From Vicugna vicugna (lineage: Eukaryota): DNA of 64,000 nt. The translations under genes were made by a program, and so were the position numbers. Positions 61,330 to 64,000 of this stretch are shown in pieces. Under the pieces are notes generated by a model that saw nothing but the letters and a program-made list of their open reading frames with translations, was not told where the DNA came from and made no database searches. Every line of letters starts with the position of its first letter. Positions within the stretch are counted from its first letter, which is position 1. The stretch is taken from NCBI GenBank assembly GCA_013265495.1, contig MU057809.1:312001-376000 (forward strand), written 5' to 3'.

Positions 61330-61790
61330 CTACTGCTATGCACAGCAACCTGGGCGAATCTCCAGAGAATTCAACTGAGTGAGAGAGAAGCCAGTCCTGA
61401 GAGGGTACACACCACGTGATTCCGCTTAGAGGACGTTCTTGAAATGGAAAATTACGGAACCGGGGGCCAGGTGAGTGGCTGCTGGGGGTTAGGGTTGGAG
61501 GAGGAGGTTGGAGGGAGGTGGGTGAGATGTAAGAGCAGGGACCCTTGCTGGGCGGGCGTGCCTGTGGTGGTGGGAATGCACGGCTCTAAACGCCAGCACA
61601 ATGAGCTACCTGCAGCCGGGAAACCCGTGTCAGGGTTGTTACAGTGTATCAGCGTCAGCGTGTCAGTATCCCTGACACATCATTTTACCATAGTTTTGCA
61701 AACTGACAAAATGGTCCACAGCACCTCTCAGGACTAGTTCTTAGAACTGAATGTGAGTCTGAAATCATCCCACAATAAAAGGTTCCATTT
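61330..61790 (+). mobile_element. Old L1 (L1MC-like) 3' end
   Basis: 'cagcaacctgggcgaatctccagagaatt...gaagccagtc...gtgattccgc...cattttaccatagttttgcaa...tcttagaactgaatgtgagtct...aataaaaggtt'. Confidence 0.75.
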
Positions 61791-64000
61791 TTTAAAAGCA
61801 GGAGGAAAAAGCCTCCTTAGATCCCGCCCTCTGAGGCCCCTTGGTCAGCAGTCCCGGGCCGCAGCATCGTGCTGGGCTCAGCTCGGCTTCTGCTGCTGGA
61901 GGAGCTCGGGGCTGGTCCTCCACCCGCGTCTTTCCGGGGACTCAGCCGTGGGAGGGGGGCGTGTCTTGCATTCACAGCCGTCTTCCCGGACCTCCGCACG
62001 TGCCTGGCTCCCGGGAGGCGCGGTGAACCCTCAGCACATGGAGAATTTGGAAATGAAGAGACACAGGAGGAAGAAAATGAAAATGCGAAGCACTCGCTAC
62101 TCTCCTGCCCGACAAAACCCACGGCTGACGTTTCTGAGTGTTTCTTTGTTGTTTCAAAAAGTCTGTGTGGAGGATGAGTGCAATACTCTGCTTTTATTCC
62201 CATGCTTTCCACTTAACACTGTGGTGTGAGTCCTGCTCCTGGACCATAGAAAGGAGAATAACGTGCAATTCCGCGGTGCCACCGCCTGGGCTGCACCAAG
62301 CCAGCAGGCCACTCTGTCACCGGGGATCTTGCCCCTCGATTTCAGAACCAAGCCCTCCTGGGGCATCACCAGGTGTGCGTCCTGCTCAGAGGCTTCCTTC
62401 TCTGTGTAGGAAACAGCGTTAGGAAGACAAATTGCCTGAGCAATCTACTTGCTTTCCAGCCACACGGTGAGACTCGCCCGTGGGCAAGCCTGACCTCCAT
62501 ACTCCCACTCGGCTCAGGTTATGCAGTGACACCGGGGTGTTCGCGGGAAGCTCCCCTTTCGCAGGGAGAGCCCTGGCTTGTGTCTGAGCTCCAGCGGCTT
62601 TGACAGAGGCGTTTCCGAACAGCCCCTCGGCATGCCTGTCCCACCTGGTGACTGCGTGTGCGAGGGTCTTATGGCTCAACACAGCCGGAGAGGCCGCGGG
62701 GACTTTGGGTGGGTCACCCCAGCTCAGCGGTGAGGCCCTTTCCACCAGGAGCCCCCCCACGGAAGCACAGAAGAGGCTGCCGTGGGAAGCCAGGCGGCGG
62801 GCAGACAAGGGTGGCTGCTCCTTACAAGCTCTCCTGTGGCCGTTCATGCTTTTACCCTGTGAATGTGTCACTTTGAGTAAAAATATGCGCGAAGACGCCT
62901 TCAACCCCGGCTAGGAGGCCTCAGGGGGCAAATCTCCTTAGTGGACAGCATTGTAGTGAGTCTCACGTCTCCTTCTCTTCTGGGCCAAAGAGGCGGGTCG
63001 GAGTACTTGCCCAGGGAAGCTGGTTCTGGTCCTGGGCCGCCTGGGCGGGGCTTCGGACACCCCCACCTGCCCACGGAGGGGCCTGCTCACGGGTGTCCCC
63101 CAGGGTCGAGGGGACCTCGGCCATGGTGCTCCCACGTCAAAGTGAATGGATCCGGAGGCAAGAAGGCTGAGTTAACGGGGATGGAGGGTTTAATTTAAGG
63201 CTTCCCGCAGAGTGCTTTCTCAGGCCCCAGGTGCTCCTGACACTTGCTGCCGGTGAGGGCGCAGACACTCCGGCGTCACCCCCGCCAGCCTCTGCCTGTA
63301 TCCACGTCACACCTTCCACACCTCAGTCTGCACGTCAACTTTAGTACATAGGTTTGTGAACTTTATTTCTGTCCAGCTAAAATGTGGCTTCTTGAAATAT
63401 ATTTTTTAAGTGCAGAAAGCTACATGCATATGAGATAGTAGCCTTTTCTGCTATAAAACTGTTCGATTTTTATACCGAGATGGAATAAAATACATTCATA
63501 GTTCTAGGTGTTCAGCAGTGTCACCTCGCCCTCAGAGGCTCTACCACATGCCCCGGGGACGGGGCGACGCCCTCCCTGGCTTGTGAAGCTTTGCCACAGC
63601 GGTTTAGGGGGTGAGCCTTTTGGAAAGGACTGGTTCTTCCCATAACGCTCGGAAGTGCATTTTGAGGGGGGTCACCTTTAGTCTCGGACGGGGCTGGGAG
63701 GGTGCCTCTGGCGGCCTGCGGCCCCTCCCCTTGGGCGTCCGGAGCTCTGAAAACCCAGCTGCATCTTTGACACCCTGGAGGCAGCCTGTCTAAGCTGGAA
63801 TTCCCAAGTTTCTTCCTGAAAGCTGCCCCTCCCCCTCTTGCCCTTCTCGGGAAAGGGCAGCCCGTCAGCCCACCTGCCCTGGCCAGCACCTAGGCGACCT
63901 CGGGTCTTCCTGCCGACCTCCAGCCCCATCGCCAGCGTGTCCTGGGGACAGCGCCCCACGTGGCGGCGGTTCTGCGCCTCTCACACCCTGGCCCAGCCCG

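Noticed and set aside
393..63962. Frequent CACGTG E-boxes across the window
   Set aside because: Dispersed rather than clustered, and explicable by weak CpG depletion and GC bias; enrichment not quantified

Overview
Eukaryotic (mammalian) GC-rich, CpG-rich genomic DNA. It is most likely from a camelid (alpaca/camel), judging by five tRNA-derived SINEs of the camelid vic-1 type, and it is orthologous to human 7p22.3. Two protein-coding genes lie on the minus strand. ZFAND2A (AIRAP) is complete: non-coding exon 1 in a CpG island at ~39.2-40.1 kb, coding exons 38272-38218, 37790-37696, 36196-36065 and 34754-34599, giving 145 aa with all zinc ligands intact. Only the 5' end of C7orf50/CHLSN (cholesin) is present: CpG-island promoter at ~26.4 kb and first coding exon 20337-20212, with bases 1-20211 forming its large intron 2. 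The rest is intronic/intergenic DNA filled with L1 (old and young), L2, MIR, MaLR/ERVL, Tigger/Charlie and SINE remnants. Nearly all ORFs in the supplied track are GC-content artefacts. I found no convincing new gene system. The best leads are: a ZFAND2A stop codon that overlaps a splice donor, with possible vestigial downstream exons; an HSE+ARE cluster and an RFX X-box in the two promoters; patchy AT-to-GC rewriting of an old L1; a micro-inversion in an L1 tail; and two AT-rich islands that look like ancient CR1- and RTE-type reverse-transcriptase fossils. Repeat family names and orthologue sequences are recalled from memory, not taken from a database search.
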